NCBI RefSeq assembly: GCF_009914755.1
Contig: NC_060936.1
Origin: the human T2T-CHM13v2.0 reference genome, Homo sapiens
Length of the DNA stretch: 64,000 bases
Direction: 5' to 3' (one strand)
Shown here: positions 28,944-43,444 of the stretch, piece by piece
Layout of the letters: each line of letters starts with the position of its first letter
How positions within the stretch are numbered: the first letter of the stretch is position 1
Made by a program: the position numbers and the translations under genes
The notes under the pieces: model-generated
Seen by the model: the letters and a program-made list of their open reading frames with translations, nothing else
Told to the model about the DNA's origin: nothing
The model's database searches: none

Positions 28944-29832
28944 TAAAATAATGGTTTTCCTTTAACAGTAATTTTGGCAGCATCTTCATGATTTAGCATT
29001 TTGTATATTATAAAATGTGATAGTAGATATTATAATTAATAACTATTGAATGAGTTATTAAGGCCCAGTTGGATTAGTGTCACAATTTTGTGAAAGACAA
29101 TTACTTTAAGAATAATTTCTGATTTTCTCTCGCTCTGAATTTATCCTCATATGTAAAGAAAAACATTGTCTCCCAAATAACATCTAATATTCCAGAAATA
29201 AACAGAACAGATGCACATTCAGCTGAAGATAACACATAAATATGCATTTCAATCATTTGTCTCTTACCTATTTTTGCAATTGTAAATTATGGTCTTTTTA
29301 GAGTACACAACAGATGGTGAAGAGTTAGTTTAAGTGATGTTTCTTTTAATATAGACTACTGTGCCAACTGATCTCGCACTACAACAATTTACTCACTCAC
29401 TACAACAATTTATTTACTGCATTAAAATACATTGGATTAAATAGGCATTTCAGCCACATTTGCATATCATGAGTCTGACTTTAGCAGGATGGCACTGTAG
29501 TGTACTCACCCTATCTAAAAGAAAGAAGAATGATGGATAATGTGAGCCTAGTAAGAAAACATACTCTGGAAAATGACAAGATTCAGCATAAGAAATTCAG
29601 TTTCTATCCTGTTTTCTTTTGTGGGAAAAAAAACCCATGGATTTAATCATAATGTGATTTTAACTAAAGTGAGATTCACAGAGAGCAAACTAATGTCCTG
29701 CTGAAGTTCATTAGCATCTTCTTATATATGTCATTATGTTTGTAAATAAAACTGTGTGTGTGTATACTCACACACACATAGACCATACATACAGCAGGGA
29801 ATAATATTCAGTGGGTCTTTGATGAATGGGAG

Positions 29833-29925
29833 TGTTGGGGTTCAGAGAATGGTATCTCAAAGTATGGTGCTTTGGCATGCTGAGTACTTTGAATTGAAGG
29901 ATGTTGGAAGTGCCTCAGAAACAAA
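29833..29925 (+). mobile_element. MER39-like LTR 5' end
   Basis: tgttggggttcagag...tatggtgctttggcatgctgagtactttgaa. Confidence 0.8.
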
Positions 29926-30654
29926 GTAAAACTTTTTGTAAAAATTTTAACAGTTACAAAATTATGACAGTGAAAGGGATCTGATCTAACCAACACCATC
30001 TTGCCTTTAACCTCCAAATTGCCCTTAGGTATTCTTGGGCTTGAGCCAAGCTAACTGTGGAAGAAATGTTGCTTATAGTTTAAATTATAATAGCCCATCC
30101 CCAAAACTGAACTACCTATGTAAAACTAATAAACGACCACCAGGTTAGGAGGATGAGAGGAGCCTGAATTCTGCTAATGTGCAGACATAAATGATTACCA
30201 GCCATTATTCTAGAGGTTATAAGATTTGCAACTTCCCCAATTATGCCTGCAGATAACATCACCGTTGTAGAACCTAAGACTGGCTTTTTGGGTGGGATGT
30301 CTTTGCATTTTGGTTTTTGCATTTTGGTTTTTGCATTTTGGATGACTGATCACTCAACTCCCCTTGCTTCTACCCAGACCCCAACCCATCCTGTAGCCCT
30401 ACCCAGGAGCTGACTCAGCATGCACAAGGACCATTTTCCACACCTCTGTGATTACATTCCCAACCCATCAACAGCACCCATTCCCTTTACTGCCAAACTG
30501 TCCTTGAAAAACTCTAGACTACAAATTTTTGGGGAGGCTGGTTTGAGTAATAATAAAACTCCAATATGTCATTCAGTTGATTCACAGTGAATTAAACTCT
30601 TTCTCTATTGCAATTCCTCTGTCTGATAAATTGGCTCTATGTGGGCAGTGGGCA
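29926..30654 (+). mobile_element. MER50 LTR lacking its extreme 3' end
   Basis: aaattatgacagtgaaagggatctgatctaaccaac...ataaattggctctatgtgggcagtgggca. Confidence 0.85.
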
Positions 30655-30947
30655 TTAATGTAATAGACATCTAGATTTGTAGAAGTATAAAATGTTCAGA
30701 TTATTTTGGCTATGGTAACGTGTTTTAGTTCTTCATTTTCTATTAAATTGATGTAATTTTGCTGATAATCACAAAAAAGTCTATCATTTTAAATCAGAAT
30801 ATTTGAGGCCCTTAATATAAATGTATGATTAGTGAAGTCAAACTAATTCTTAAAGTGGGGGAATTTCAGTATGTCCTAGAGTGTAATAATATAATCAGAT
30901 TACTTGGGAAAAAGGTACAAGCACTCATGCACAAACACAATCATACA

Positions 30948-30955
30948 TGTGTATA

Positions 30956-30988
<33 letters not shown>

Positions 30989-31039
30989 AAATATATGCTA
31001 TATATGATATACATAAATGTATATGAAATATATATATAC

Positions 31040-31070
<31 letters not shown>

Positions 31071-31080
31071 TACACATATA
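30948..31080. repeat. (TA)n/(CA)n compound microsatellite
   Basis: Visible dinucleotide runs. Confidence 0.95.
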
Positions 31081-31089
31081 TTTGGCATC

Positions 31090-31361
31090 TGTGGAAATTG
31101 TAAGGTTTAGTACCTTTCCTTACCCAGCATAAGGATCATAGCCAACACAACTATAACAAAAGACAGGCTAACAAGATAAAAATATCAGAAATTTAATCAA
31201 GGTTTCATGTCACATGGAAGCCTTCAGAAATGCAGACCCAAAGACTCAAGGAAAACTGTCTATTTTTATGCTTTTAAACAATGAAGAATGGATAGACCTA
31301 GACATGTAATTGGACAAAAAGGATATGATCTAATGGTAATAAATTGATTGAGGAAACCCAG
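31090..31361 (-). mobile_element. MER39-like LTR 3' portion
   Basis: Colinear with 22268-22540 (ataacaaaagacaggctaacaaga...atctaatggtaataaa). Confidence 0.8.
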
Positions 31362-32574
31362 TTTTCTGACTAACTTCTTTGAACCACCTCTTCTGCTCTT
31401 GTCTGCTCTCCCCACAACTGTTCCTAAAGTAACACATTCTGCAACTTCTTCCTGTTTCTATTACTCTCTTCCAAGGAACTGCCTCAATTAGTTTCCAATC
31501 AAAATGGCCAAAGCCAAGCTCCTTTTCTGGATGCACATGTAGCCCACTAGAGATAGATGCTTTCTTGATATGATAATTATAGGTTTTATAATTTTATCTA
31601 ATGTTTTTCTTTCTTCATCCAGCCATTTCAGGAATTTCCACTGGGTCACTACCCTCAACATTTCCTAATTCTTCTGTTCATATATGACTTACAATTTCCT
31701 TGCCCAGATGGTGACTTTTCCAAAGACTTCTCTCACAAGTTCCCTCTCTGGTGCACTGAGTGGCATACAATTTTCTGTTGCTCATTCAGCAAATATCTAG
31801 CCAAGAAGTAGGATACCAGTTTTCTCTTTGTAGAGATATCTCCTTCTGCCAAACACGTTCGTTTAAAGTAGGACAAAAACATTTCTGAAGAGAGAGAGAA
31901 AAAAAGATGTATAGTCATAATCTATTAGTCTAATACATCAGAGATTCTAGAGTTTTTTTTTTTTAATGTTCTTCTGAAGGCTGGAGGTAGGTGATCAGAA
32001 GCTATTATCAGGACATTTGTTTTCTTCTTGTTCTTCAATGTAACCAAAATGTATTAGAACACTTGCTTAATCAGAATTATGTCCTAAAAACTTGGGAGAG
32101 TAAAATATTTTATGTTAATTATTCCAAGTCTGAAAATAAAGCATGCATTTTTAAAATGGTAATATAATTGCTACTTTCAAGACTTAGCCAAATGGAATCT
32201 ATTAGGTAGATCTTATTTTTCTGGGATTTATTGACTGGAATTTATGATATATTTTATAACTATTATGCTACAATAAATATCTACACATATAACTTTTTTA
32301 TATATACCTTCTTAAAAGTAATGTTTACATCTAATTAAGTTAAAAAAATTTTCACAGAAGAAAGTTATGCCATCCTATTTTTTCCCAGAAGCTGAGTTAT
32401 TTTTAAAGAAATTATAGATTGAAATACTTAGAATTTATAATGCATTTTGAAGGAGGCTTAAATTATTTTTATAGTTTCATCATTCCACTTTATTCTCTTT
32501 TCTCATAGAAAGAAAAATCTAAATTTAAATATTTGACAAAATCTATGTGTTTGAGTAGATATATTTAATTTGCT

Positions 32575-32578
<4 letters not shown>

Positions 32579-32608
<30 letters not shown>
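32579..32608. repeat. (TG)n microsatellite
   Basis: Perfect TG run. Confidence 0.97.
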
Positions 32609-32613
<5 letters not shown>

Positions 32614-33131
32614 TCACAAGCAGAGAGAGTATGCTGAGTATTTTGGCTAGAAATCATTGAATATTCTATGTTATTTCACCTATTGATGTCAACATTCACT
32701 AAGTTATTGACTCTATTATGTAACAAAACACACCGTTGAAAAAATGTTTCTTGTTTATAGACTAATTCAAGATCAGAATATACATGAGAAAATGCCCCCT
32801 ATCTACCGGGACCATCAAAATAAAATAAAGAATTCCAAACCTAGAGTATCTTACCGTGATAAGGAAGATATAGACTTTAAATATGTTTGATTCCCTGAGA
32901 CCAATTTAAGAATAAAAAACATGAAACAACAAAACAAAGGGCTTTCTGAAAAAGAAAAAAAAAACATATAGGGTGATGACATAAAAAAATTTAATTGAAA
33001 TGCAAATTTTATAAAAATACCTATAAAACACTGCATTTTATATATATAAAATTGAAAATATACATAGAAATATAGACTTTTTAAAAGTGTATATATACTT
33101 TTTTAAAACGTATATATATATTTATGCATAT

Positions 33132-33613
<482 letters not shown>

Positions 33614-34454
33614 CTGTGGCATATATTTTAATCAATATGTTTTATAAGCAATTTTTAGGCTGATCATGTCTAATTTGCATTTGAATATAAATACCCTCAC
33701 AATGCACATAGTGTTTCCTCTAATAAAAAAAACCAGAGTTTTAATAATTATTTTGAGTAATGTTGATTTATATTATGGATAATATGATATAAATAGGTGA
33801 TACAAAATAGGTGTCTGCAATGTATTCAACTATGTATTTTAAGAGTTGACCCCAATTTTAGTAATAGCTAAAACTTTAACAAAATTTGAAATTTTTAATG
33901 GTGCATTACTTTCAAAACCAACAATAGAAGAGTGATAATGAGAAAACACTTTATAGTAGAAAATAAGAAGCATTTCTGGAACTATTTCATTATGGCCACA
34001 AGTGATTATGGATAGTAGTTAGCAATTGGATGCATAAATATTTACTCTGTGGCACTATTTTTATTCCTATAGTCCAATATCAGTGCAGTTTTATTATACA
34101 CTCTCATTTTATGCCTCATCCCTGTAATGAAAAACAGTAATTTTGTCATTCTGGGGTTAATGGGAAGAGTAGACTTGAGGTAAGGGTTGTTCTCAGGAAA
34201 CAGAAGCTGAACTTGAACACACATAGCAATAGGGTAAAATCAAGCCTATGAATCAGAATGATGAGGACAATACAGGCTAATGAAAAAAGAGAGAGGGTAA
34301 GGATGAGTAATGTGTCAGAAGGATTAGAAACAAATAGTAAAGCATATATATTAAAGACTTCAAGTATCATACTTAAGGAAAGTGAAGTTTTAAGGTCAGT
34401 GGTGAGATGCTATTAGATGTTTTAAGAGAATTAGGAAATTGGAAGGTAACATTG

Positions 34455-34712
34455 TCCATAATATGAACTCTGGTGCCAACCTACCAAGTAGAGTCCCTGT
34501 TTTGTCACCGAACTACCTGTGTGATCTTGGGCAAGGCAACTGACTTCTCTTTGCCTCAAATTTCTCTTCTGTAAAATAGGAATAACAATTGTACCTATTT
34601 CATAATGTCGTAAAGTTGGATAAACTAAGTTAATATTTATGATATTTATAAATCTTTAAAAATATGGCCTCTAACACAGTAACTGCTAATTGTATTTGAT
34701 AAATAAAACATA
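34455..34712 (+). mobile_element. MIR
   Basis: ctgtgtgatcttgggcaag...tgcctcaaatttctcttctgtaaaatagg core. Confidence 0.85.
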
Positions 34713-35148
34713 AAAGTAAATAAAATAAGCAAATAAAATGTTATTGGCTTTTGGAAAATGAACAGTTTACTGGCAAGGCATTGAAATATTTGCCTAAGAA
34801 ATTTTGAAGGCTGGATTGATAAAGCTTCTTGGGTGATTTTTCTTATCACTCCTTGGCCAAATGACCATCCACAAGAGGTTTCTGTTGTCCAAATTTATTT
34901 TAATCAGGAGACAGTGTCTTGTTCCCAACTTTCAGTTTGTTATAGTTGCTCAAGTATCAGGTAATTCTGTGATGACACATTAATCTATCTAGGTTTCTCA
35001 AAGTTTAACTGATACCAAGTCAAGGATTCTAACCATGGATGGGAGAGATTCAATGATGAATCAACTGTCTTAACATGATACTGAAGTGAGGATAGGTGAA
35101 ATGGAATGCCATGCCAAATATCAACATAAAATAGTCAAAATTGAATGA

Positions 35149-35184
<36 letters not shown>

Positions 35185-35197
35185 TACACACACACCC

Positions 35198-35582
35198 CAC
35201 TATGGTTTCAGTATTTGTGTTCATCCAAAACTCATGTTGAAACTTTATCTCCAATGCAATAGAACCAAGCATGAGGCCTCTCGGAGGTGATTAGGTCATA
35301 ATGGCTCCTCCCTTGTGAATGGGATGAAGGCCCTTATAAAAGACGTTTCACACAGTATTCAGCCCTTTTTGCCCTTTTTCCTTCTGCTAGTTGAGGATAC
35401 AGCATTTATTCTCTCCAGAGGATGGTACCAGGTGCCATCTTGGAAGCAGAGGGACTTGGCCCTCACCGGGTGCCAAATTTGTGGGCCTTTGATCTTAGAC
35501 TTCTCAGTCTCCAGAACTGTGAGAAACAAATTCCTGTTATTTATAAATTACTCAGTCTTAGATTTTGTTTTAGCAGCAAATA
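35198..35582 (+). mobile_element. MaLR LTR (MSTD-like), flanked on both sides by (CA)n
   Basis: ctatggttt...ccaaaactcatgttgaaact...tctccagaactgtgagaaacaaattcctg; CA runs at 35150-35195 and 35588-35625. Confidence 0.8.
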
Positions 35583-35583
35583 T

Positions 35584-35627
<44 letters not shown>

Positions 35628-35639
35628 CCACACAGTTGA

Positions 35640-36190
35640 CAATATTTGCCAAAATACAGAAAAATTTCACAGATATCATTGCATTTCACACTACATATTT
35701 CAGGATTTTAAAAATATAACTCAAATACCATTATCACACCTAAGAGATTTAATATTAATATACTACTATTACCCTCTACTCAATATTCAAATTTCTCCAA
35801 TTTTTCTCAAAATGGCACAGCTTTTTTTTTTTTTATCTTTTTGTCCAGGATCCAGTGACTCATCATGGGTTGCATTTTGTTATGTTCTTTTAATCTCCTT
35901 TAACTCAGAAAAGTTCTCTGGGGCTTTTGTCTTTTATTAACTTGACATTGTTCAATATTCCATGTCAGTTTTCTTACAAATTGTTATACAATTCTAATTT
36001 GTCTGATAATTTTTTTCATTATTAGGTTCAAATTTAAACTTTTATTAGGAATACTGTATTGATTATATTATTTACTTTCTATTGTTTCATATTGCCAAGT
36101 ACATAATGTCAGTTTGATCCATTTATAGTGATGTTAAGTTTAATAATTTGGTTAAGGTAGTGACTGTCCACTGCTAAATGTTACTTCCTT
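35640..36190 (-). mobile_element. Old L1ME/MC 3' fragment
   Basis: Decayed motifs such as ccaggatcca...ttgcattttgttatgttcttttaatctcctttaa. Confidence 0.55.
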
Positions 36191-36661
36191 TAAAAAAAAT
36201 TATTCCTACAAGTATATATATATTAACTCCTTCAGAACTGTTTGAAATTGAGACTCTCTCTCTTCAACTTGTCTCATAAACAAAAGTTTTTCCATAAACA
36301 TGGCAATTTTTGGCATTCTTAGCTCAAAATTTTCTCTCACATTAATTTGTGATGACAAACATGTCCAGAAAAGTTCACAGTGCCAATAATTGACCCAGGT
36401 AAGGGACTGTTTGCTTTATTACTCAGAGAGCAAAGTTCTCCTTTAAAGAACTATGTTTTACAGTTAGATGTTTTACTATCTGTAGGTGATGACTTCAATC
36501 ACCCCATTTGGAGCTTATTTTATCTCATATATTTTGTTTCAAGGTTACAGATGTCTATAATTTTTTCTAACTTGTACTTTTTTAAAAAAATTTCTTACAG
36601 CAGATTTCCAAAAGGAGAGGAAAGCAGAAATACTGTAACTCTAATATTTTAAAACCACAAA

Positions 36662-37058
36662 TGTCTTAGCTCATTTTCTGTTGCTATAACAGAACACCTC
36701 AGATAGGGTAATTTATTACAAAAAAAGAAAAAAGTTTATTTAGCTCATGGTTATACAGGCTGAGAAGTTCAAGAGCCTGGCACTGGCATCTGGTAGGAGG
36801 CCTTCACGGTGTAACACCCCATGGTGGAAGGGCAAGCAAGCATTTGAGACAGAGGAAAAATGAAGACCAAATGTCATCCATTTATCAGGGTTCCATTCAC
36901 ATGATAACTAACCAATTCCCACAATAACAGCATTCACCTATTCACATGGGCAAAGCTCTCAAATTCTAATCACCTCTTAAAGGTCTCATCTCTTAATATC
37001 ATCACAATAGCAATTAAACTTTGACATGAGTTGTGGAGGGAACATTCAAACCATAGCA
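36662..37058 (-). mobile_element. MaLR LTR (MSTC/MSTB-like)
   Basis: tgtcttag...gttgctataacaga...cattcaaaccatagca; 5-bp TSD acaaa / agaaa. Confidence 0.85.
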
Positions 37059-37244
37059 AGAAATAACTGGGACCTGGCTCCTCCCATGACTCATATTTTT
37101 CTCCCTATTTAACTTAACTCTCAGTCATTGCTTCTGATACAGACTTGCCCTTTATAAACCTTCCTGGATCTTCATATAACCATCAGCTTGGCAGCAAAAA
37201 GTCACTTCTGCCTAGATCATCTTGCTGTCATCCTATTCTCTACA

Positions 37245-37490
37245 TAGTTATTCCTTACATTTATTAAATGTGTACAAAATTCCTAGAAGTATCCTAAGCA
37301 TCATAGATGTATTAATCATTTACTCCTCATATTACTGCATGTGGTTTTAATTATTATCCTCATCTACACATGAACAACTCTCAGTACATAGAAGGTGGGC
37401 AATAGACCAATGTCAGAATTGAGGATTCCAATCAAGATTCTTTGTCTGTTGAGCATTTTTCCTTAATCTTTATATTCTGCTGCCTCATGA
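37245..37490 (-). mobile_element. MIR (decayed)
   Basis: tcatttactcctcat...attattatcctcatctacacatgaacaact. Confidence 0.55.
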
Positions 37491-37699
37491 TATCACGGCT
37501 TGAATAAGCAACACTGTCATAAATTAAAGCAATGTCCCTCAAACATTATAGCTTGAACTGTTGCCCTGGCTATCTCAGTACCTCTTTACATCTATATAAA
37601 ATAGTGAAAATTTCTCTCTACTGTGTGTTGTTAAAAAAAAAAAAAAACGTAAACCACCAGCCTCCCTGACTCTAAATGCAATGAGTATGTGCAGTGGCT

Positions 37700-38094
37700 T
37701 CAGGTGTACCTGTTGGCTATTTGTATTTCTTCTTTGGAGAAATGGCTACTCAACATCACTAATTATCAGGGAAATGCAAGTCAAAACCACAATGACAGAC
37801 TATCTCACATATGTTGGAATAGCTATTATCAAAAAAAAAAAGACAAAGAATTGGAAAAGATCTGGAGAAATGGAAACCTTTCTCCACTACCACGTAATTC
37901 TGCAATCCCACTTATGTGTGTATATACAAAACAATTGAAATTAGGATCTTGAAGAGGTATCTGTACTCTTATGTTCATTGCAGGATTATTCATAATAGCC
38001 AATGAACTCTCATGTTCATTGCAGGATTATTCATAATAGCCAAGATATGGAAACAACACAAAGGTCTATTGACAGATTGAAGGATAAAGAAAAT

Positions 38095-38095
<1 letters not shown>
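37700..38095 (+). mobile_element. L1MA/MB ORF2 3' fragment with a short 5' inversion and a 41-bp tandem duplication
   Basis: Antisense 37701-37748, then sense ctcaacatcactaattatcagggaaatgc; duplication at 37965-38043. Confidence 0.8.
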
Positions 38096-38126
<31 letters not shown>

Positions 38127-38380
38127 CACACATATATACACAAATGTATACATATACACATATATACACATACATATACGTACATATATGCATATACATA
38201 TACATATATACATATACATATACATACATATATACATATACATATATACATACATATATGCATATATACACATATATACACACACAGACACATGGTTGTA
38301 CATATATATACATATATACACACACATAGACACATGGTTGAATTAACACACACACACACACAGAGACACATGGTTGAATT
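38095..38380. repeat. (TG)/(TA)/(CATATA)/(CA) compound microsatellite
   Basis: Visible repeats, including three gacacatggttg units. Confidence 0.95.
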
Positions 38381-38586
38381 AAAAAAAATTAGTATAATAT
38401 CCTACCAAAATTATAAGCATATAGTTAAAAATGCCCACAAAATAGATAAAACTGTAACCTAATATTCTAAGCACACCAAAATAAGTTAAGAAAGTCATAC
38501 ACTATATCAAAGATCAACATACATTAAAACTAAAAATATTAAAAAATGAGTTATATTACTAAAGAAAATAAAAATTTAAAAAAAAT

Positions 38587-38705
38587 CCAGGCATGGGAAT
38601 CACATCTGCAATCTCAGCACTTTGGAAGGCCTTGGTGGGATAATTGCTTGAGGCCAGGAGTTTGAGACCAGCCTGGGCAACATAGCAAGATCCCAAATTT
38701 ATTTA
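38587..38705 (+). mobile_element. FLAM_C-like monomer
   Basis: ccaggcatgg...ttgcttgaggccaggagtttgagaccagcctgggcaacatagcaaga. Confidence 0.85.
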
Positions 38706-38749
38706 AATAGATTTTTTAAAAGAAAATAATTTTAAAAAATCACTTCTCA

Positions 38750-40220
38750 TTCATACTAAAACACAAGAGACACAGATATACATATGAACAAAACAATACA
38801 TAATATGAGAAAATAAAATTATTTTAAAAATGAACAGGTGATAAATAATTTGTGAGAAAAGGACAAAAGGCAAAGAGAATTAAGCATGTGCATAATAGGA
38901 ATCCCTAGTAAAACAAACAGAAGCAACAATGTAGAAAATAAACCTTAAAGAAAAATATCATTATAAATATATATGTGTATAAATACAAACGAGAGAGATG
39001 AATATCAAGAAATATGTGAGATTGATCAAAACAGAGAAAGTAATACAATTGTTAGAAAAAAAGCCTTTCATCATCTAGACAAAAAGACCAAAATTAACAT
39101 CAATAGAAATGAAATAAGATTGAAATATGAATTTTAGACAGAAATTTTTATATCAAAAGACAATATAGGTCCTATTAGAGATATATAAAGGATAAAAAGT
39201 ATGAACCAAAGACATTATAGCCAACCAAACTGCTTTTTCTTTATAAAGATAGAATATAACTGTTTTTTTAAATTGCAAAATAACTTTGAAAATAAAAATA
39301 TTTTCCATGAGCTTTTCCTGAGGCATCTGCTAGAAAGAAAATTTCAAATATTCAAAATTAGTAGAAAAGCATTAGTATAAATCCTGGTATATTTCTACAT
39401 ATTATATGTAGAACTAAGACAAAAGTATCATCCCAAAATAAAAGTGTAGTATATAGTGACAATTTGCTTCAAAAATGTAGATACATTGCAACTCTCAAAA
39501 ATTGAAGGAGGTTTGTATCTAGGGTATAGGAAGCTGCAGAGTGCAACTCCCACCTCAATAAGCAGAGGACTCCAGGGTTAACTACTAACCGGTGACTCTT
39601 CTGAATCATTACAGAGCTCAGATAGCTGAAGTGGGAGGGTAATCAAGTAGCCTGAATTCCAAGGAAGGAGAGAGTTGCTGAAGAGAGCATATGAAGAAGT
39701 ATTGACAATTTGGAAATAGCTAAGAACAAAGTAGCTAACAATGTCATGAATTGCTAAATACTGAGTGCAGGCTAAAATAAAGAACCCTTGGGACTTCCAA
39801 ACATGGAGGAGTTGTTGTCACTCAAGACTCATTTCCCTGGACCTCCACCAAAGCCTCATGAGAAAGACTGGCTACGTTAAGAAAATGGAGACAGGACCCC
39901 TCAGTGGGGTAGGAAAAGGCTCAGACCTTCCCTCTTACAGAAAGAGTCAAGCTTAACTAAGAAAAGAGCACTCACGGACCACAGGTAAAGACATTGAAAC
40001 TAGGGAAGCATAGCAGGAAAATAATACTATGTATTAGGGAGAAATAGAAAAGGGGCTTTGGCCAGGATTATATGCTCATACCATCAGAAGTCTCTATTGC
40101 TGGTAAATGGACAAGAACTTTCATCTTACATAAACACACCGAAATAAATGGCAGAGTATTGCTGTCCCAGAAACTATCAGCAGAAATGCTGAGAAATATT
40201 CAGTCCTGAGGCTCAGGCAC
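38750..40220 (+). mobile_element. Old L1M/HAL1 ORF1-like and L1M 5' remnants
   Basis: A-rich decayed LINE-like sequence; boundaries approximate. Confidence 0.45.
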
Positions 40221-40224
40221 ACAA

Positions 40225-40750
40225 CGTTTTGGTAAAAACCATTCAATAAGTCTCTAGAAGTTTCCAAACATTTGCACATCTGCCTGTCTTCTTCTGAGAC
40301 CTCCAAACTGTTCCAAACTCTGCCTGTTACCCAGTTCTAAAGTCAATTTCACATTTTCGGTTATTTTTATAGCAGTACCCAAATCCTGGTAGCAATTATC
40401 TATATTAATCTGTTTTTACACTGCTGTAAGGATACTACCTGGGACTGGGTAATTTATAAAGAAAGGAAGTTTCACTTACAGTTCTGCATGGCTGGGAAGG
40501 CCTCAGGAAAGTTACAATCGTGGCAGAAGGGGAAGAAGGCATGTCGTACAGGGTGGCAGGTGAGAGAGCAAGGAAGTGTCACACTTTTTAAAAACCATCA
40601 GCTGTCATGAGAACTCACTCACTATTACGAGAACAGCATGGGGAAAACTGCCCCTGTGATCCAATCACCAACCATTGGGTCTCTTTCTTGACATGTGGGA
40701 TTTCAATTTGCAATGAGATTTGGGTGGAGACACAGAGCAAAACTATATCA
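40225..40750 (-). mobile_element. THE1/MST 5' LTR (40401-40750) plus start of internal region (40225-40400)
   Basis: ccaaactgttccaaactctgcctgttacccagttc (MaLR internal) and gactgggtaatttataaagaaa...gagatttgggtggagacacagagc. Confidence 0.88.
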
Positions 40751-40905
40751 CCTACAAACATTAAAATAATAATTTACTATTAAAGAACTATATACTAAAA
40801 TACTTAAAATGGCTCTATGCCTGTGAATTTTACAACTTGGAAGAGATGCAAAAGACACGTGGAAGGAACAGCCTGCCTTGTCTCACTTAAGAAAAAAAAA
40901 AAATT

Positions 40906-41348
<443 letters not shown>

Positions 41349-42159
41349 CTAAAATCAAGAAAGACATTATAAAAAGGAAACTACTGACCAATGCTCTTCT
41401 TGAAAATAATTATAAAATGAATAAGAAGTCCAAGTAGGATTTTTTTAGAAAATTCAATATGTAAACTATATATTAGACCAAGTAGGACTTTTTTCAGAAA
41501 ATTCAAAGTTGGATCAACATTCAAAATTCCATCATTGTAATTCAGCATATTAACAGAAAAAAACAAAAACCATATTTTAATAGATGTAAAATAAAAAGTA
41601 ATAAAATATGGCATTTATTTATGCTAAATTATTTCAGAAAATTAAAAATAAAACCGATCTGAGAGAAAATCTGCCAAAAAAACCTATTTCAAACAACTAT
41701 TAATTTTACCTAAAAATCAGAAACAAAGCTATATTTCATTATTTTACTAGGTCTATCCAACATTTCACTGAGGTTCTTGCAAATTCAGTAAGACAAAAAA
41801 AGGATGCATACAGATTGAAAATTGAAAAAGAAAACTTTTTACATATAATATTTTAAAATAATATTTTTAAAATGTACTAGAAGTGATAAGTATATAAAGT
41901 CACAAAATGCAAAGCCAATTACAAAACTCTGTCAGATTTCTACAGACTAGTAATGAACAGTTGGTAACTAAAATTATGAAATAAAAAATAGTGTATGCAA
42001 TAGTATCCAAAACAATAATTATTTATGTTTAAATCTAACAAAATAAAAGTTCTACATCCTAAAAACACAAAACAGAGGTTAAAGGAATCCAAGATCTAAC
42101 TAATTGGAGAGTCACACTGTGTTTTTCTATTGTTAAAACATTAATTCTGTACAAAAATT

Positions 42160-42420
42160 CAGTCAAGTAAAAGGAATAAAATCTAGTGTTCAGTAGCCCA
42201 ATAGGGTGACTCAGTTAATAACTTGCTGTTTATTTGAAAATTACTAAAAGTAAAGTTGAAATGTTCTTAATATAAAGAAATGATAAATGCTTGAGGTGAT
42301 GTATATCCCAGTCACTCTGATTTGATAATTGTACACTAAATGCTTGTATCAAAATATCATATATACCCCATAAATATAACTATTATGTGTCAATAATTAT
42401 TAAAAATAAAATTAAATAAA
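42160..42420 (+). mobile_element. L1MA 3' end
   Basis: aaagaaatgataaatgcttgaggtgatg...tgtatcaaaatatcatatataccccataaatat. Confidence 0.85.
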
Positions 42421-43444
42421 CATAAAACCCATCAATTCACCCCATCTGACCTATTGATTCAATGCAATTCCAATCTAAATCTCAGTATTTTTTTTGTATA
42501 ATTGACAAACTGATTCTAAATTTTATAGAAACTCAAAAAATTTTAACAGGGATAGAACGTTGAAAATGAAAAAAAAAAAAGGAAAACCTCCATTATCTGA
42601 AATAAAGACCTACTGTAAAGCAATAGTGATCAAAAGAGTGTGAATTCCGGGAAAAGATGAAAATATAGCCAAATGAAATACAATAGAGGGTTAGGAATAA
42701 TCTAACACATATAGAGATAAATGATTTTAGATAAAGACACAAAGTCAATTTAATAGACTAAAAAATTAGGCATTTGTACTCAAATAAAACATGCAGTATA
42801 ATAATCCTCAATTAATATCTTGTACTACATATAAAAACTAATTCAAAATGTATTCTAGATAATTTCTTAGGTCTTAGCATAAACATGACTTACTGAGAGA
42901 TAAGTTCTTCTACACCTAGATTTTAATGTAGGTATCTGTACTGTATTTTGTTTGTGTTTGCTTTGATTCATCCTCTACCTGACTAACTTTTATGTGTGTT
43001 TCTTTATTAAACCATGTATTAATACCTACTTTCTTCATTATAATTAAATTTATAATTAGGACTGTCTTCATCTTTGGCCCTCAGGCACTTTTATGAAACA
43101 GTTTAATAGTGACTTCTTTCCAAATAAGCCTAGGTAACCAATCCCTGAAGCTGAACAGAGATGGTGTGCTATTCTGACCTCCAAGCCCTGTGTTTCCCCG
43201 AGGGCCCAAGCTCTCAAGCAAAAAATTAAGAGGTAAATATATGATATATTCCACAATAACAGAGGCATAACTCTCATATACATAAGAAAATCTTTTCTAT
43301 TTCTAGTAAGAAAAAAATATAGTAACATATAAATAAGGTTAAAGGATATACAAGCGTAAGGATAAGACACACATTATACCAGCACACATGACTGCCTATT
43401 TAATTCCACTTACCTCTTTTTTTATGTTTTCCTGTACCGCATAT

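Noticed and set aside
35315-35940. 134-aa and 172-aa ORFs
   Set aside because: Run through an MST LTR, (CA)n and an L1 remnant; chance ORFs
38281-38380. Repeat-spacer-like gacacatggttg units resembling a CRISPR array
   Set aside because: Spacers are CA/TA microsatellite, the context is eukaryotic and there are no cas genes
37990-38462. Cluster of 77-123 aa Y/I/H/T/C/V-rich ORFs
   Set aside because: Stop-free dinucleotide microsatellite
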